The position numbers were made by a program, and so were the translations under genes. A model generated the notes under the pieces. The model saw nothing but the letters and a program-made list of their open reading frames with translations. It was not told the DNA's origin and did no database searches. Shown one piece after another: positions 36,190-45,877 of a stretch of DNA of 64,000 nucleotides; the first letter of the stretch is position 1, and each line of letters begins with the position of its first letter. This DNA comes from a virus (taxonomy: Duplodnaviria > Caudoviricetes). Location of the stretch: positions 115,397 through 179,396 of IMG/VR virus record IMGVR_UViG_3300031998_000011. One strand, 5' to 3'.

Positions 36190-37906
36190 GATATCTTCTT
36201 CCGATGAGCGCAAGCTGACGAACGCCATCGAAAGTGCTGCCATTCTGGCAAGCAATGACGCATCCCGTGACAGGAACCAGCTCCTTGCGGATGAACTCAA
36301 GAAAGAGGGCGTGGATTCCCGTTTCGCAAAAGTGGCGTCCTGTGCTTTCAACAAGCGTGTCACAGTGCTGACTTTCAAGAAGACGGCAGATGAGCACAAG
36401 GCTGATCCTTTCGAACTGACGGATGGGGACAAGGTCCTGGAACTGATGACTGGCGAAGCGCTGGAAAAGGCTGCGGCTCTCACTGCCGCCGATTTCGAGA
36501 TCACTGTTACCGGCGCTCCGATGCAGAAGGCAGCCTCTGCCGAGGCTCCTGCCCGTGCCTGCTTTGAGGACACCGTGGACTACGACCGGCTGGTCAAGCA
36601 CGTCGAGAACGTCATGACCAAGAACGCGGCCGCCATCTACGAGGTGCTCCAGAAGCAGCGCGATGTCGAAGCCGTTGCTGATTCTCTGAAGACGGAACTG
36701 GCTGATCACTTCATCAAGGATGCCAGCGCTTCCTATGCGTTCTCCAGTCTGATCAATCACTACGGCGACCGCTTCCAGAACGCCATCCAGGATAAGCTGC
36801 CTGAACATACGGACTGGACAAAGACTGCGGCAGACGCAATTTTGTTCAATGATCCAGTCTTCGACAAGGCCGCCAAGATGATCGAGATGCACGAAGCCAA
36901 CGAGAATCTGAAGGCGGTGCTGGACAAGTACGGCGAAGGGCTCACAGAGTTCTGCAAGTCGGCGGCCATGCTGGGAGATTTCGTCCAGAAGGCCGAGTCT
37001 GGCTTTGTCAAAATGGCGGCTCCACGTATGGCTGCGGAACTTGCTGGTGAGCTGGGTCTCACACCGGCCGCTCTGGGGAACTATGCAGTTGGCGCCATCG
37101 ACAACATGGTCAACGGTGTCGCGAATACAGCCGGTAACGCTTTCTCCAATGCCTATGCTCTGTACCAAGCTGGCAATGCGGCGCACATGGCTCCGAACGA
37201 AATCCTCGATGCAGACTTCCTGACGAAGGATCGCTACAGAGATCGTCTTCTTGGCTGGTCCGACATGACAGCTGATCCTCAGTTCGCCATGTATCCTGCC
37301 GAGCAGGTGTTCCTCGCCACACAGAAAGCGATGGACATGGATACCACACTGGAACGTCCGGACAAGCGCGAGGTGCTTCGCTCTTACGTGGCCCAGCTCC
37401 TGGCTCAGAATAATCGGCTCTCCACGGCGGATATCGCGGCTCTGGCTCAGACTCTTCGCGGTCTTACTAGTGCTGATGAACATGGTGCTCAGCAGATCGC
37501 TGTCAAGTCTGTTAAGGGCATGGATGAAACAAAAGCACCGGAGGCACCGGTTATCAAGGCTGTTGTTGAGGGTCGTCGCGAAGTCAAAGGTGAAGAAAGA
37601 GCCGGTCAGGTTCTGGACACCATCAAAGAGATGCGTGAAGACTACGAGAAAAAGACTGACAAGGCTCGTGAGTCGGAAGGCAACAATGATCGTACACAGC
37701 GCGAACGTGCGAGAGCTCTGGCTGATGCACAGAATGCTCGAAACCAGTTCCTGACGGATACCATGCATATTCAGATCAGAGCCAACCCACAGGGACAGAT
37801 TACATATTCACCGGGTCGTAACCAGCAACCTCTTACACAGGCTGATATCGACAATATCCTGGCGGCTGCCGAACGTGCCAATCTTGTTCCGGCTCTTCCG
37901 GCGTAA
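36179..37906 (+). CDS. Helical head-module protein with many K-x-A sites
   Basis: FKKTA, LEKAA, MQKAA, WTKTA, FCKSA, FVKMA. Confidence 0.7.
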   Translation: MENKISSSDERKLTNAIESAAILASNDASRDRNQLLADELKKEGVDSRFAKVASCAFNKRVTVLTFKKTADEHKADPFELTDGDKVLELMTGEALEKAAALTAADFEITVTGAPMQKAASAEAPARACFEDTVDYDRLVKHVENVMTKNAAAIYEVLQKQRDVEAVADSLKTELADHFIKDASASYAFSSLINHYGDRFQNAIQDKLPEHTDWTKTAADAILFNDPVFDKAAKMIEMHEANENLKAVLDKYGEGLTEFCKSAAMLGDFVQKAESGFVKMAAPRMAAELAGELGLTPAALGNYAVGAIDNMVNGVANTAGNAFSNAYALYQAGNAAHMAPNEILDADFLTKDRYRDRLLGWSDMTADPQFAMYPAEQVFLATQKAMDMDTTLERPDKREVLRSYVAQLLAQNNRLSTADIAALAQTLRGLTSADEHGAQQIAVKSVKGMDETKAPEAPVIKAVVEGRREVKGEERAGQVLDTIKEMREDYEKKTDKARESEGNNDRTQRERARALADAQNARNQFLTDTMHIQIRANPQGQITYSPGRNQQPLTQADIDNILAAAERANLVPALPA

Positions 37907-37918
37907 GGAGACTGTCCT

Positions 37919-39376
37919 ATGATGAAGAAAAGTTTCCTCCCTGAGTCCTTCAACTTCGATGTGCCTCCTGTTGAGATCATTGGCGTTGGCAGCAAAGGTC
38001 TGGACAAGACTGCGATGGTGAAACGTGCCAGTGCTTTCGATGATGTCATCGAGAAGCTGGAGAAGAAAGCCAATCGCACCTACCTCCATGTTATTACGAC
38101 TGGAGCCTATGAAACGTACGGCGCCAATCTGAACTCTGACGGATGGAACGGAGAGTCGTTTGAACTCAAGTTCCCGCATCCTGAGAACATGGCGAAGAAA
38201 GCGATGGTTCTGGACGGCGGCCTTTCCAAATATCATGATATGACCTATATGAAGGATGGTGCTGTGTACCAGGAACACCAGACCAAGACAGCTGGTGTTG
38301 ATCCGTCAGGTGAGATAATCGCCGCCAAGTACAACCCCATGATGAAACGTGGTGAGCTCATCATTGCAGTCGATACCGAGAAATGGGCTTCCAGGCTTCA
38401 GAAGAAAGCCAAAGGTGAGAACATCTACCTGAGCATTGGGGCGTCTGTGCCGTACGACGTGTGCAACATCTGCGGAAGAATTGCAAAGACAGCTTCCGAA
38501 CACTGCAGTCACTTCAAGCATCATCGCGGCGAAGTCTATGATTGTGGTGAGCGTGCCTGTGTTATGAACGACCATCCGGACTTCTACGACATTTCTGGTG
38601 TGAACGTGCCGGCCGACAAGATTGCGTTCGTGCTCCAGGAAGTTGGTCACGGCGACAAGCTGACAAAGACCAGCTCCCTGCACGACATCATGCAGCAGGC
38701 GACGCAGGCAGTCGGTGTCCGTCCGCCAATGGTACTCACGAAGGCCGCCATGATTCTGGGCAAGCTGGCTCGTATGGAGAAGCAGATCGAAGGTATTGTC
38801 GAAGGTGACAAGAAGCCGGACAAAGAGGCATTTGACCATGACGACGATGCCGAAAAAGATTTTGAACTTGAAGTTCAAAATTATCCTGCCGATGAGGTGA
38901 TCGACGGTGCAAACCGCAAAGGCATCCTTCTGACTCCGGGCATGCTGTTCAGACTGCTCGGTAAGGAATGCTCTGATCCAGACAATGCTCTAAAGGATTG
39001 TGACGACGAGAGTTGTGGCGATCTGTCCTGCATGATGCGTGAACTGGAGGATGACGAGGATGTCAATGACGAGCTGCTGGACGGTTCTTTCGACCAGCAT
39101 CCGCCTGTGGATCTGAACCTCGACAGCATTCTGGAGAAGTTCATTCCGATGTTCGGGATGACGGACCCTGCTGTCAATACACGGGTTATCCGCATCACAA
39201 TCGTCGGCGCTCCGAAACACGGTACTGTAGACAAGAAGGCGTCTCTGAATAAGTTCGCACAGGAAGCCCTGCGCCGGACATATGCCAGATACCTCATCAG
39301 TTTTGCTGCTCAGAACAACGAAAGTACCTGTATGAACGCCCTCATGAAAATAGCTGGAATCGGGAAACGCGGCTGA
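37919..39376 (+). CDS. Prohead maturation protease (HK97/herpes-type fold) with Zn-finger insertion
   Basis: YQEH, GEII, LSIG (catalytic Ser candidate), CNICG...CSH, FYDISGVNVPAD; directly upstream of scaffold and capsid genes. Confidence 0.7.
   Translation: MMKKSFLPESFNFDVPPVEIIGVGSKGLDKTAMVKRASAFDDVIEKLEKKANRTYLHVITTGAYETYGANLNSDGWNGESFELKFPHPENMAKKAMVLDGGLSKYHDMTYMKDGAVYQEHQTKTAGVDPSGEIIAAKYNPMMKRGELIIAVDTEKWASRLQKKAKGENIYLSIGASVPYDVCNICGRIAKTASEHCSHFKHHRGEVYDCGERACVMNDHPDFYDISGVNVPADKIAFVLQEVGHGDKLTKTSSLHDIMQQATQAVGVRPPMVLTKAAMILGKLARMEKQIEGIVEGDKKPDKEAFDHDDDAEKDFELEVQNYPADEVIDGANRKGILLTPGMLFRLLGKECSDPDNALKDCDDESCGDLSCMMRELEDDEDVNDELLDGSFDQHPPVDLNLDSILEKFIPMFGMTDPAVNTRVIRITIVGAPKHGTVDKKASLNKFAQEALRRTYARYLISFAAQNNESTCMNALMKIAGIGKRG
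38859..38881. repeat. Dispersed 23-bp palindrome, perfect copy (intragenic)
   Basis: ATTTTGAACTT-G-AAGTTCAAAAT. Confidence 0.9.
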
Positions 39377-39441
39377 TTACTTGCCGTGTTTTCATTTGAT
39401 AGAACACCAAACCCTGGATTACAACATAAAGGAATCCACTT

Positions 39442-40587
39442 ATGAGCAATCAACTCCAGACCAAGGCGAACCGCGTTGCCGAACTGCTCGCGCAGTACGG
39501 TCTCAACAAGGAAGCCAAACAGACTATCACGCACACCAATCTCCTGGCTCAGAACAATCTCGGTCGCGAGATGACCAATGAGATCCATGAGAACGAAGAA
39601 GGCGTCCAGGCCGATACTGAAGCAGCGGAGAACAAACCCACTGCCAAGATCGACGCCATCCCGAACGCCCAGAACCTGAACACCTCTGCGGAACAGGCCC
39701 TCGCCAACACCGGCAGCACGGTCGAGACCCAGGAATCCGATGGCTCCAGCGCTGAAATGCCTGCTGAACAGGCCAAGAGCGCTGCGGCGTTCGCCCAGGT
39801 CCTCAAGCAGATTCAGGACAAGAAAGCTGCCGCAAAGAAGGAAGAAGATTCCTTCATCACAGCTACTGAAGTGTTCGCCAAGTGGGCGTCTCTCGGCCCG
39901 CGTTCCACGAAGGAAGACGTCGCGGCTGCCCAGGCTTCTCTTGAGAAGCTCGCCTCTGTCAACCCGGCCTTCACCGCGACTCGTGACAACATCATCGCCA
40001 TGAAGAAGAACGCGGAAGTCGAAGAACTCGCGGCTGCCGCCGACATCTCTCCCGAAGACGCCGCTGCGGCTCTCGACGCTGCCGCTGCCGCCAATCCGGA
40101 AATGGATGCTCAGATCATGGACGAAGCCACTGGCGAAGCAGTCACTGACCTCGCCAATGCCGAACAGGAAGTCGGCGAACTGACGGAAGGCGCTGAAGCT
40201 CTTGCGGCCGGCGCTTCTGAAGTCCTCGGTACAGAGATCACATCCGACGACATTGCAGATGCTCTTGGCGATGTTGCCGACATGGCGGAAGAAATGGGCG
40301 TTGATCCCATCGACCTTATCGCTGCTGCGGCCCAGGAAATCCAGCAGGGCGATGAACCCGGTGATGATGACATGGAAGCCGCGAAGGAAATCATCGCGGC
40401 GGCTGCTGAGCAGGGTACATCCCCTGAGCAGATTATTCAGGAACTTGCGGCATCCATTGATGCCGATGAAATGGGCGGTGAAGAAGCCGCTGGCGCAGAG
40501 GAACCGATTGAGAAGGCAGCTTCGCTGCAGAAACAGTCGCAGAGTCCGCGTGTCGCCTACGTCATCGAACAGCTCAAAAACGTCTGA
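39442..40587 (+). CDS. Probable scaffolding protein
   Basis: Very acidic, Ala/Glu-rich, helical; strong codon bias; between protease and capsid; many K-x-A sites. Confidence 0.65.
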   Translation: MSNQLQTKANRVAELLAQYGLNKEAKQTITHTNLLAQNNLGREMTNEIHENEEGVQADTEAAENKPTAKIDAIPNAQNLNTSAEQALANTGSTVETQESDGSSAEMPAEQAKSAAAFAQVLKQIQDKKAAAKKEEDSFITATEVFAKWASLGPRSTKEDVAAAQASLEKLASVNPAFTATRDNIIAMKKNAEVEELAAAADISPEDAAAALDAAAAANPEMDAQIMDEATGEAVTDLANAEQEVGELTEGAEALAAGASEVLGTEITSDDIADALGDVADMAEEMGVDPIDLIAAAAQEIQQGDEPGDDDMEAAKEIIAAAAEQGTSPEQIIQELAASIDADEMGGEEAAGAEEPIEKAASLQKQSQSPRVAYVIEQLKNV

Positions 40588-40599
40588 GGAGACTGAAAC

Positions 40600-41037
40600 A
40601 TGGCAGAACAGGCAATGGAAAAGCTCGCTTCCGAGCTGATTGAACGCCTGGCCGCCGTGGAGACTGAGAACAAATCTCTGCGCAAGGTCAACGAAGATCT
40701 TCGCGCCCTGACGCAGCAGATGTCCACAGTCAAGCAGGCTTCCCAGGAAATCAAGCAGGTCGATGAGGACCTGCTTGACTCCACCTGTCAGAGTCTCGTT
40801 AAGAGCGGCGCTCTTAATGCTGATCAGGTGGAACAGGCAAAAGCGATCTTCAAGACAGACATGAATGCCGGCCTGACTGTCATTCAGAGTCTTCTTGACG
40901 AGCACGCTCAAGTAAAGACTGCTGCGGAACAGGCTTCCCTTGCGGGTGGCACTGTTGTCCACATCGGTCAAAACACACAGCGCAGTCCGGAAGATGAATG
41001 CATCGACCGCATGCGCAAAACACTCGGCCTTCATTAA
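40600..41037 (+). CDS. Coiled-coil head assembly protein (putative second scaffold)
   Basis: MEKLAS, TVKQAS, QVKTAA; heptads. Confidence 0.6.
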   Translation: MAEQAMEKLASELIERLAAVETENKSLRKVNEDLRALTQQMSTVKQASQEIKQVDEDLLDSTCQSLVKSGALNADQVEQAKAIFKTDMNAGLTVIQSLLDEHAQVKTAAEQASLAGGTVVHIGQNTQRSPEDECIDRMRKTLGLH

Positions 41038-41058
41038 ACCTACATAGGAGTTACAACA

Positions 41059-41700
41059 ATGGCTGGCTTCACACGCACCAACTTCGATCAGCAGATCAAC
41101 CACGCTGCTGTTCTGGCGCACGGAGCACACCCGAAGTATCGCGTCGAACACGACGGCGAACTCGATGCCTCCACGCCTGAGAAGAAACTCGCGAACTCCG
41201 CTATCAAGCAGGGTTCGGTGGTTCACCTGGATTCGACCACTGGCAAGTACAACATCGGCCTCGCCGCTGCTTCCAGCATCAACTTCCCGGTGCCCTTCAT
41301 CTCCCTCAAGAACGCTTTCGATCCCGATGTGACCACCGGCGTCGAGGGCGACACCCAGACCGTCGAGATCTACGGTTCCACCAACACCTTCAGCTTCCCG
41401 AATCCGCGCCGCTCCACGTTCAGCGCCGTCGGCGGCAAGATCACGGCTATCCCGATGACTGCCGGCTACGAAATCGAAACGACTGAGTTCGTCGATGGTA
41501 CTTATCACATCAACGACGCCCTCACCGCTGCGAAGACCACCAACATCGGCAAGCTGACAGTGGCTACTCAGGTTCCGTTCAAGGCCTCCGGCTCCGAACC
41601 GATCCTCGGCTTCGTCTCCCGCGTTCCTTACACGAACGACGCTTATCTCCAGAAGCGCATCGGGTTCTGGACCAACTTCATCCCGGCTGTCGGGGCCTAA
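41059..41700 (+). CDS. Probable capsid decoration/cement protein
   Basis: 213 aa beta-rich; extreme codon bias; immediately before the major capsid gene. Confidence 0.55.
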   Translation: MAGFTRTNFDQQINHAAVLAHGAHPKYRVEHDGELDASTPEKKLANSAIKQGSVVHLDSTTGKYNIGLAAASSINFPVPFISLKNAFDPDVTTGVEGDTQTVEIYGSTNTFSFPNPRRSTFSAVGGKITAIPMTAGYEIETTEFVDGTYHINDALTAAKTTNIGKLTVATQVPFKASGSEPILGFVSRVPYTNDAYLQKRIGFWTNFIPAVGA

Positions 41701-41718
41701 TCCAAGGAGGACTTCACT

Positions 41719-42678
41719 ATGGCTTGGGATCAAATCAAAGTTGCTTCCGTTTCTGAAGACATCCGCGCAAAGTTCGCCACCGGCGACAAGGACATGTGCA
41801 AGCAGGGCACGCTCGCTGCCAACGACTACTTCCGCACAGAAATCCGCTCCAACGGCATCCGTCGTCAGATCACTCCACCTGTCCAGGTCACGAAGGACAT
41901 GTTCGACCCGTCCGAGACCTCCGACATTCCGATCATCTACGCCGAGGTCGCTCCTCGCTCGTCCGGCGCCTACATGGTCTCCTTCGAGACTGGCCCGAAG
42001 AACGAGAACATCTACGGCAACAAGATCCGCATCGAACTCAACCGCATCATGACCAAGAAGTACAGCATCGACAAGATCCGTCTCGATGCCTACAAGATGC
42101 CTCTGCTTGAGATCCTCGAAGACCTGCTCCTCAAAGACATCATGGATGTCGAGGACAACGTCACCATCGGTCTCGACAAAGAAATCTGCGGTCCTCTGAA
42201 CACGGTCAACCCCTGGATGGGCTGCCGTCGCTATGTCACCTGCGGTGGCATCAGCCGCGAAGCTCTCGTGCACCTCAAGAAGGGCATGCCTGTGGCTCCT
42301 GGTCATCTCATGACCAAGAAGTTCCTCATGAACGACCTCACCTACTTCGATCTCGGCGCTCTCGACCGTACCGAAGTCGGCGGCGACATGGCTCAGGAAA
42401 TGTTCGTCAACGGCGTCACCACCTCCAAGATCCAGGGCATCGACACGGTCGTCACCATCAAGACCGACCTCATCCCGACCAAGGAAGTGTTCATCTACAC
42501 CGACCCGATGTACTACGGCGGCTTCTACGTCTACAACGACGTCACGATGGTCGTCGATGAAGTCGATGACATCTGGATGACCTTCTTCGCCCATGAGTGC
42601 GTCGGCGCCTCCGTGGCCAACAGCCCCGGCGTTGCCCGTGCGTCCCTCACCGGCACCCTCGTCGATTGGGAAGGCTAA
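41719..42678 (+). CDS. Major capsid protein
   Basis: 319 aa; very strong codon bias; AAGGAGG RBS; strong terminator after; order protease-scaffold-decoration-capsid. Confidence 0.75.
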   Translation: MAWDQIKVASVSEDIRAKFATGDKDMCKQGTLAANDYFRTEIRSNGIRRQITPPVQVTKDMFDPSETSDIPIIYAEVAPRSSGAYMVSFETGPKNENIYGNKIRIELNRIMTKKYSIDKIRLDAYKMPLLEILEDLLLKDIMDVEDNVTIGLDKEICGPLNTVNPWMGCRRYVTCGGISREALVHLKKGMPVAPGHLMTKKFLMNDLTYFDLGALDRTEVGGDMAQEMFVNGVTTSKIQGIDTVVTIKTDLIPTKEVFIYTDPMYYGGFYVYNDVTMVVDEVDDIWMTFFAHECVGASVANSPGVARASLTGTLVDWEG

Positions 42679-42706
42679 TCCCTCTCACCAGTCCGCGACT
42701 GATTCT

Positions 42707-42735
42707 GGCTCCCTCTTCACGGAGGGGGCCTTTTT
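42707..42735 (+). terminator. Intrinsic terminator
   Basis: GGCTCCCTCT-TCAC-GGAGGGGGCC followed by TTTTT. Confidence 0.9.
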
Positions 42736-42783
42736 CATTGTATAGTAAGGATGTACAACCATCCTAACTGAAAGGAATTTACC

Positions 42784-43596
42784 ATGACACCTATCGCAAC
42801 TATCATTCACAACCAACTGAACAACAGCCGCATGGTGAACTGGACTGCCGAAAAGCAGACCTGGCTCGAAGCCAACGGCACAGCCGAAGTCCCATACGAA
42901 ATCTGGTCTGCAGCCAACAAGGTGCAGCGCGAATCCATCAAGGCGGAAGTCACGAGCGGCTATGTCACGCTGGAGCTCCGCGTCATGAAACCCAATGGCT
43001 GCCAGGAAATCATCCCGTTCAGTCCCGTCGGCGACCTGAACGTCGCGCCGGTGCAGACGACACAGGTTATCCAGGCGAAAGTCGGGGAAGCGCAGAAGAA
43101 AGAAGAAACGCAGGAGAAGAACTACAAGGTTCTCGGCAACCGCGTTGTCGTCGCCAACAGCAAGGGCATGGACGAGCTCTCCGGCAAGTTCGGCATGAAG
43201 TCCCAGATCGTTGACCAGCCCGGCGTTGTCGAGGTCGGCGAGGATCTGAAGGACATTGTCAAAATGAGCAACGGCATCATCGAGGATCGCGGCGGCCGTG
43301 GTTTCAACAAGAAGGCTGACGAAGAGAAGGCCGAAGAGCCTGTCAGCGAGGCCGCCGAGGAACCAGTTGAAGAGCCTGCGGAAGAACCGGCTGAAGAGGA
43401 AGTCGAGGAAAAGACCGAAGAGGCAGTCGAAGAGGAAGTCAACGAGTTGCTTTCCGCTAAGAAATATGAAGAGGCACTTGAAGTTTTGACTGATTGGTTC
43501 GGCGAGGATCAGGTCACATTCAAGGCGGCCGCTCTGCGTTACACCAAAACCTTCGAGGCAGTCGTCAAGAAGTTCAAACTCAGCAAGAAGGACTGA
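42784..43596 (+). CDS. Hypothetical virion/assembly protein with (AEEP)n acidic linker
   Basis: AAGGA RBS; EEPVEEPAEEPAEE tract. Confidence 0.75.
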   Translation: MTPIATIIHNQLNNSRMVNWTAEKQTWLEANGTAEVPYEIWSAANKVQRESIKAEVTSGYVTLELRVMKPNGCQEIIPFSPVGDLNVAPVQTTQVIQAKVGEAQKKEETQEKNYKVLGNRVVVANSKGMDELSGKFGMKSQIVDQPGVVEVGEDLKDIVKMSNGIIEDRGGRGFNKKADEEKAEEPVSEAAEEPVEEPAEEPAEEEVEEKTEEAVEEEVNELLSAKKYEEALEVLTDWFGEDQVTFKAAALRYTKTFEAVVKKFKLSKKD

Positions 43597-43599
43597 CAA

Positions 43600-43932
43600 A
43601 TGGCATCTTCCCTTTTCTATGATCTGTATGGGCGCCTGCGTGGGGGACAGACGAGCAATCCTGTCGATGCGCCGATGCCGTATCAGATCAAATGCGTCAC
43701 CAGCACGGAAGCCAGTACAGGCTACAAGACCGTGACGCGCTATACTCGTTTCAACGGAGACAACCAGCACAAGATCGGTATGTGGCGTGAGATCACAGTC
43801 TTCGACAACCAGGGCAACATCACGGACTTCAAGCATGAGTTCACTGTGGACCTCTGGGCAAATGTCGAGGAAGAGACTGTGCGCTGGGTCCCGATCAACG
43901 AGTGCTGGGATTTCCCGGTCCAGAAGGATTAA
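43600..43932 (+). CDS. Hypothetical protein
   Basis: 110 aa ORF in the structural operon. Confidence 0.7.
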   Translation: MASSLFYDLYGRLRGGQTSNPVDAPMPYQIKCVTSTEASTGYKTVTRYTRFNGDNQHKIGMWREITVFDNQGNITDFKHEFTVDLWANVEEETVRWVPINECWDFPVQKD

Positions 43933-43950
43933 AGCACAGGAGCGTGACAC

Positions 43951-44541
43951 ATGGACACTGTGAAAACACCATACATCATACAGCAGGGCAGGGTTCTGGC
44001 TCGTAGACCTGAAAAGGACTACGAGACAACAGGCGCCAGTGAAGCCATCACGATTGCTTCTGTCAACGCGAATCTCACCTGCACACTCAATACAACCGCC
44101 CCATTTGTCGGCGTTGTAGACAGCAACGGTATTCTCTGGCAGCTGCCCAATCGTTGTGTCCAGTATGGTGAGTCCAGTGTCACGCTCAATCTTTCTGAAA
44201 TCTACGAAACAAAACGCATGATCTCCGTACCTGCTACGACAACAATCGCTCTGCAGGGCGGCGGATCCATGACATTCTCCCGCTACAAGGAATCCGATTC
44301 AGCCAGGGGCTTTGCCTGGAGAAACGGGACAGCCGCGATCTTCACAGATACGCTGGTTCCTGTGGTGGGTACCATTTTCTACACAGACCCACAGATGTCT
44401 GTCAGTGGCGGGACAACGACAGCCTATGCAGCGCCGACAGCATCTGCATATCCAGGCGGCTGGAAAGCGTTGTTCAGTGTTGTGCCAAAGCAGATCGCCT
44501 ATGAGGTCATCAAGACTGGAACCTATGGTGAGAACCGCTAA
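43951..44541 (+). CDS. Hypothetical beta-rich structural protein
   Basis: AGGAG RBS; Thr-rich. Confidence 0.7.
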   Translation: MDTVKTPYIIQQGRVLARRPEKDYETTGASEAITIASVNANLTCTLNTTAPFVGVVDSNGILWQLPNRCVQYGESSVTLNLSEIYETKRMISVPATTTIALQGGGSMTFSRYKESDSARGFAWRNGTAAIFTDTLVPVVGTIFYTDPQMSVSGGTTTAYAAPTASAYPGGWKALFSVVPKQIAYEVIKTGTYGENR

Positions 44542-44567
44542 ACATATAACAGAGGACACATCCTATA

Positions 44568-44960
44568 ATGAACAATCTGACACTTGAAGAGATCGAAGCG
44601 CTGAGAGCTGCCTTTTCGCAGCCGCAGACATCCAGTGCTGCAATCCTAATCTTCACTGGCATCATAGCCCTGTCGGGCTTTTTGTTTGTCATGTGGTGGA
44701 TTCTCAGCATGAAACTGAAACCGGTTGACAAACTGGAAACGCAAGTGTCAACACTGGTGGATACCGTGAACGAGATGAAGGGCAGTATGTGGTCAGAATC
44801 TTCGCTCAACAATCTCGTCCAGCTGCAGCTCCTCAAGTATATCCAGAGTCATGAACAGACCTGTCCATGCCGACTTGCTCTCACCAACAAGGCGACGACA
44901 GTTACCACGACTCCTGCCATCAATCCGAATACTACGAGCAGCAACATTCAAATTCCGTGA
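44568..44960 (+). CDS. Single-TM protein, holin-like candidate
   Basis: AAILIFTGIIALSGFLFVMWWIL followed by a coiled coil. Confidence 0.45.
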   Translation: MNNLTLEEIEALRAAFSQPQTSSAAILIFTGIIALSGFLFVMWWILSMKLKPVDKLETQVSTLVDTVNEMKGSMWSESSLNNLVQLQLLKYIQSHEQTCPCRLALTNKATTVTTTPAINPNTTSSNIQIP

Positions 44961-44970
44961 GGTTTGAATC

Positions 44971-45876
44971 ATGGCCGACATTTGCTTGACTGAAAATATA
45001 GGCGGCCAGGGCGGTATTGCCGGCGGCGGTGGCAACGAGGGTCAGTCCTCCATTGTCAGCAACGGCATTGGCTCCAACTCATACGGCTACCCTGTCCTGG
45101 AAACAGTGACGGGTGTCACGCATACCTTCACAATCCAGTTGACAAAGGACTACACCGGCGCGATCCCGCTGGATATGACCGGTATTGCCAAGGTCATGTT
45201 TGAAGCGCGGCCGACGATGAACTCGTCTGCACGGAAAATACAGAAAGAGTGTACTTTTGATGCAGACGGAAAGGTCACGCTGGAACTCGGACCGGACGAG
45301 GTGAACCACAATAATGGCGTCTGGTACGGAGAGTTCAAGCTCTATGACGCGAACGATGTGCTGCGCCACGACCACCGTGCTTATCTGTGTATCAGGAAGG
45401 GCATGGATGGAAGCAACGACAGCGATCCAAACACAATCACTGCGATGGACGTCCGGCTGGCGATTATGGATGTGTCCCCGGAAGCCAACGTGCTGCTCGA
45501 TGATCTGGAGTTCTCGGACATCCAGATCTACGCCGCTGTACAGCGCTGCATCGACGAGTGGGAGGAGAAACCGCCCACGCTGCAGACACACTTCAACTCC
45601 AAGAACTTCCCGTTCCGTGAGCATCTCATCAAGGGCGTGGTCGGTTATCTCATGCAGCAGATTGCCTACAAGTACACTCGCAACCGCATGCAGTACAATG
45701 CTGCAGGACTTACACTGGATACCAGTGACAAGGGTCCGCAGTATATCGCTCTGGCACAGGCGGCCAGAGGCGAGTGGATTCATTTTGTCAACGAGAAAAA
45801 GGCTGAACTGAACATGGGCGAGTGCTACGGCTGGATTGACATACCGCAGTTCGGCGGACTCACCGGCTGGTGGTAA
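44971..45876 (+). CDS. Probable head-tail adaptor/neck protein
   Basis: N-terminal Ig/BppU-like beta region plus helical adaptor-like C-terminal half; located after capsid. Confidence 0.5.
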   Translation: MADICLTENIGGQGGIAGGGGNEGQSSIVSNGIGSNSYGYPVLETVTGVTHTFTIQLTKDYTGAIPLDMTGIAKVMFEARPTMNSSARKIQKECTFDADGKVTLELGPDEVNHNNGVWYGEFKLYDANDVLRHDHRAYLCIRKGMDGSNDSDPNTITAMDVRLAIMDVSPEANVLLDDLEFSDIQIYAAVQRCIDEWEEKPPTLQTHFNSKNFPFREHLIKGVVGYLMQQIAYKYTRNRMQYNAAGLTLDTSDKGPQYIALAQAARGEWIHFVNEKKAELNMGECYGWIDIPQFGGLTGWW

Positions 45877-45877
45877 C

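Noticed and set aside
39310-42594. 1094-aa minus-strand ORF over the scaffold-to-capsid genes
   Set aside because: Shadow ORF. The + genes share one frame and have extreme codon bias, which removes antisense stops. No RBS or motifs seen.
39442-44541. Seven consecutive genes in the same reading frame (possible read-through polyprotein)
   Set aside because: Each has its own RBS, and several spacers hold a second in-frame stop (e.g. TGA at 40594) or a terminator. Probably coincidence.
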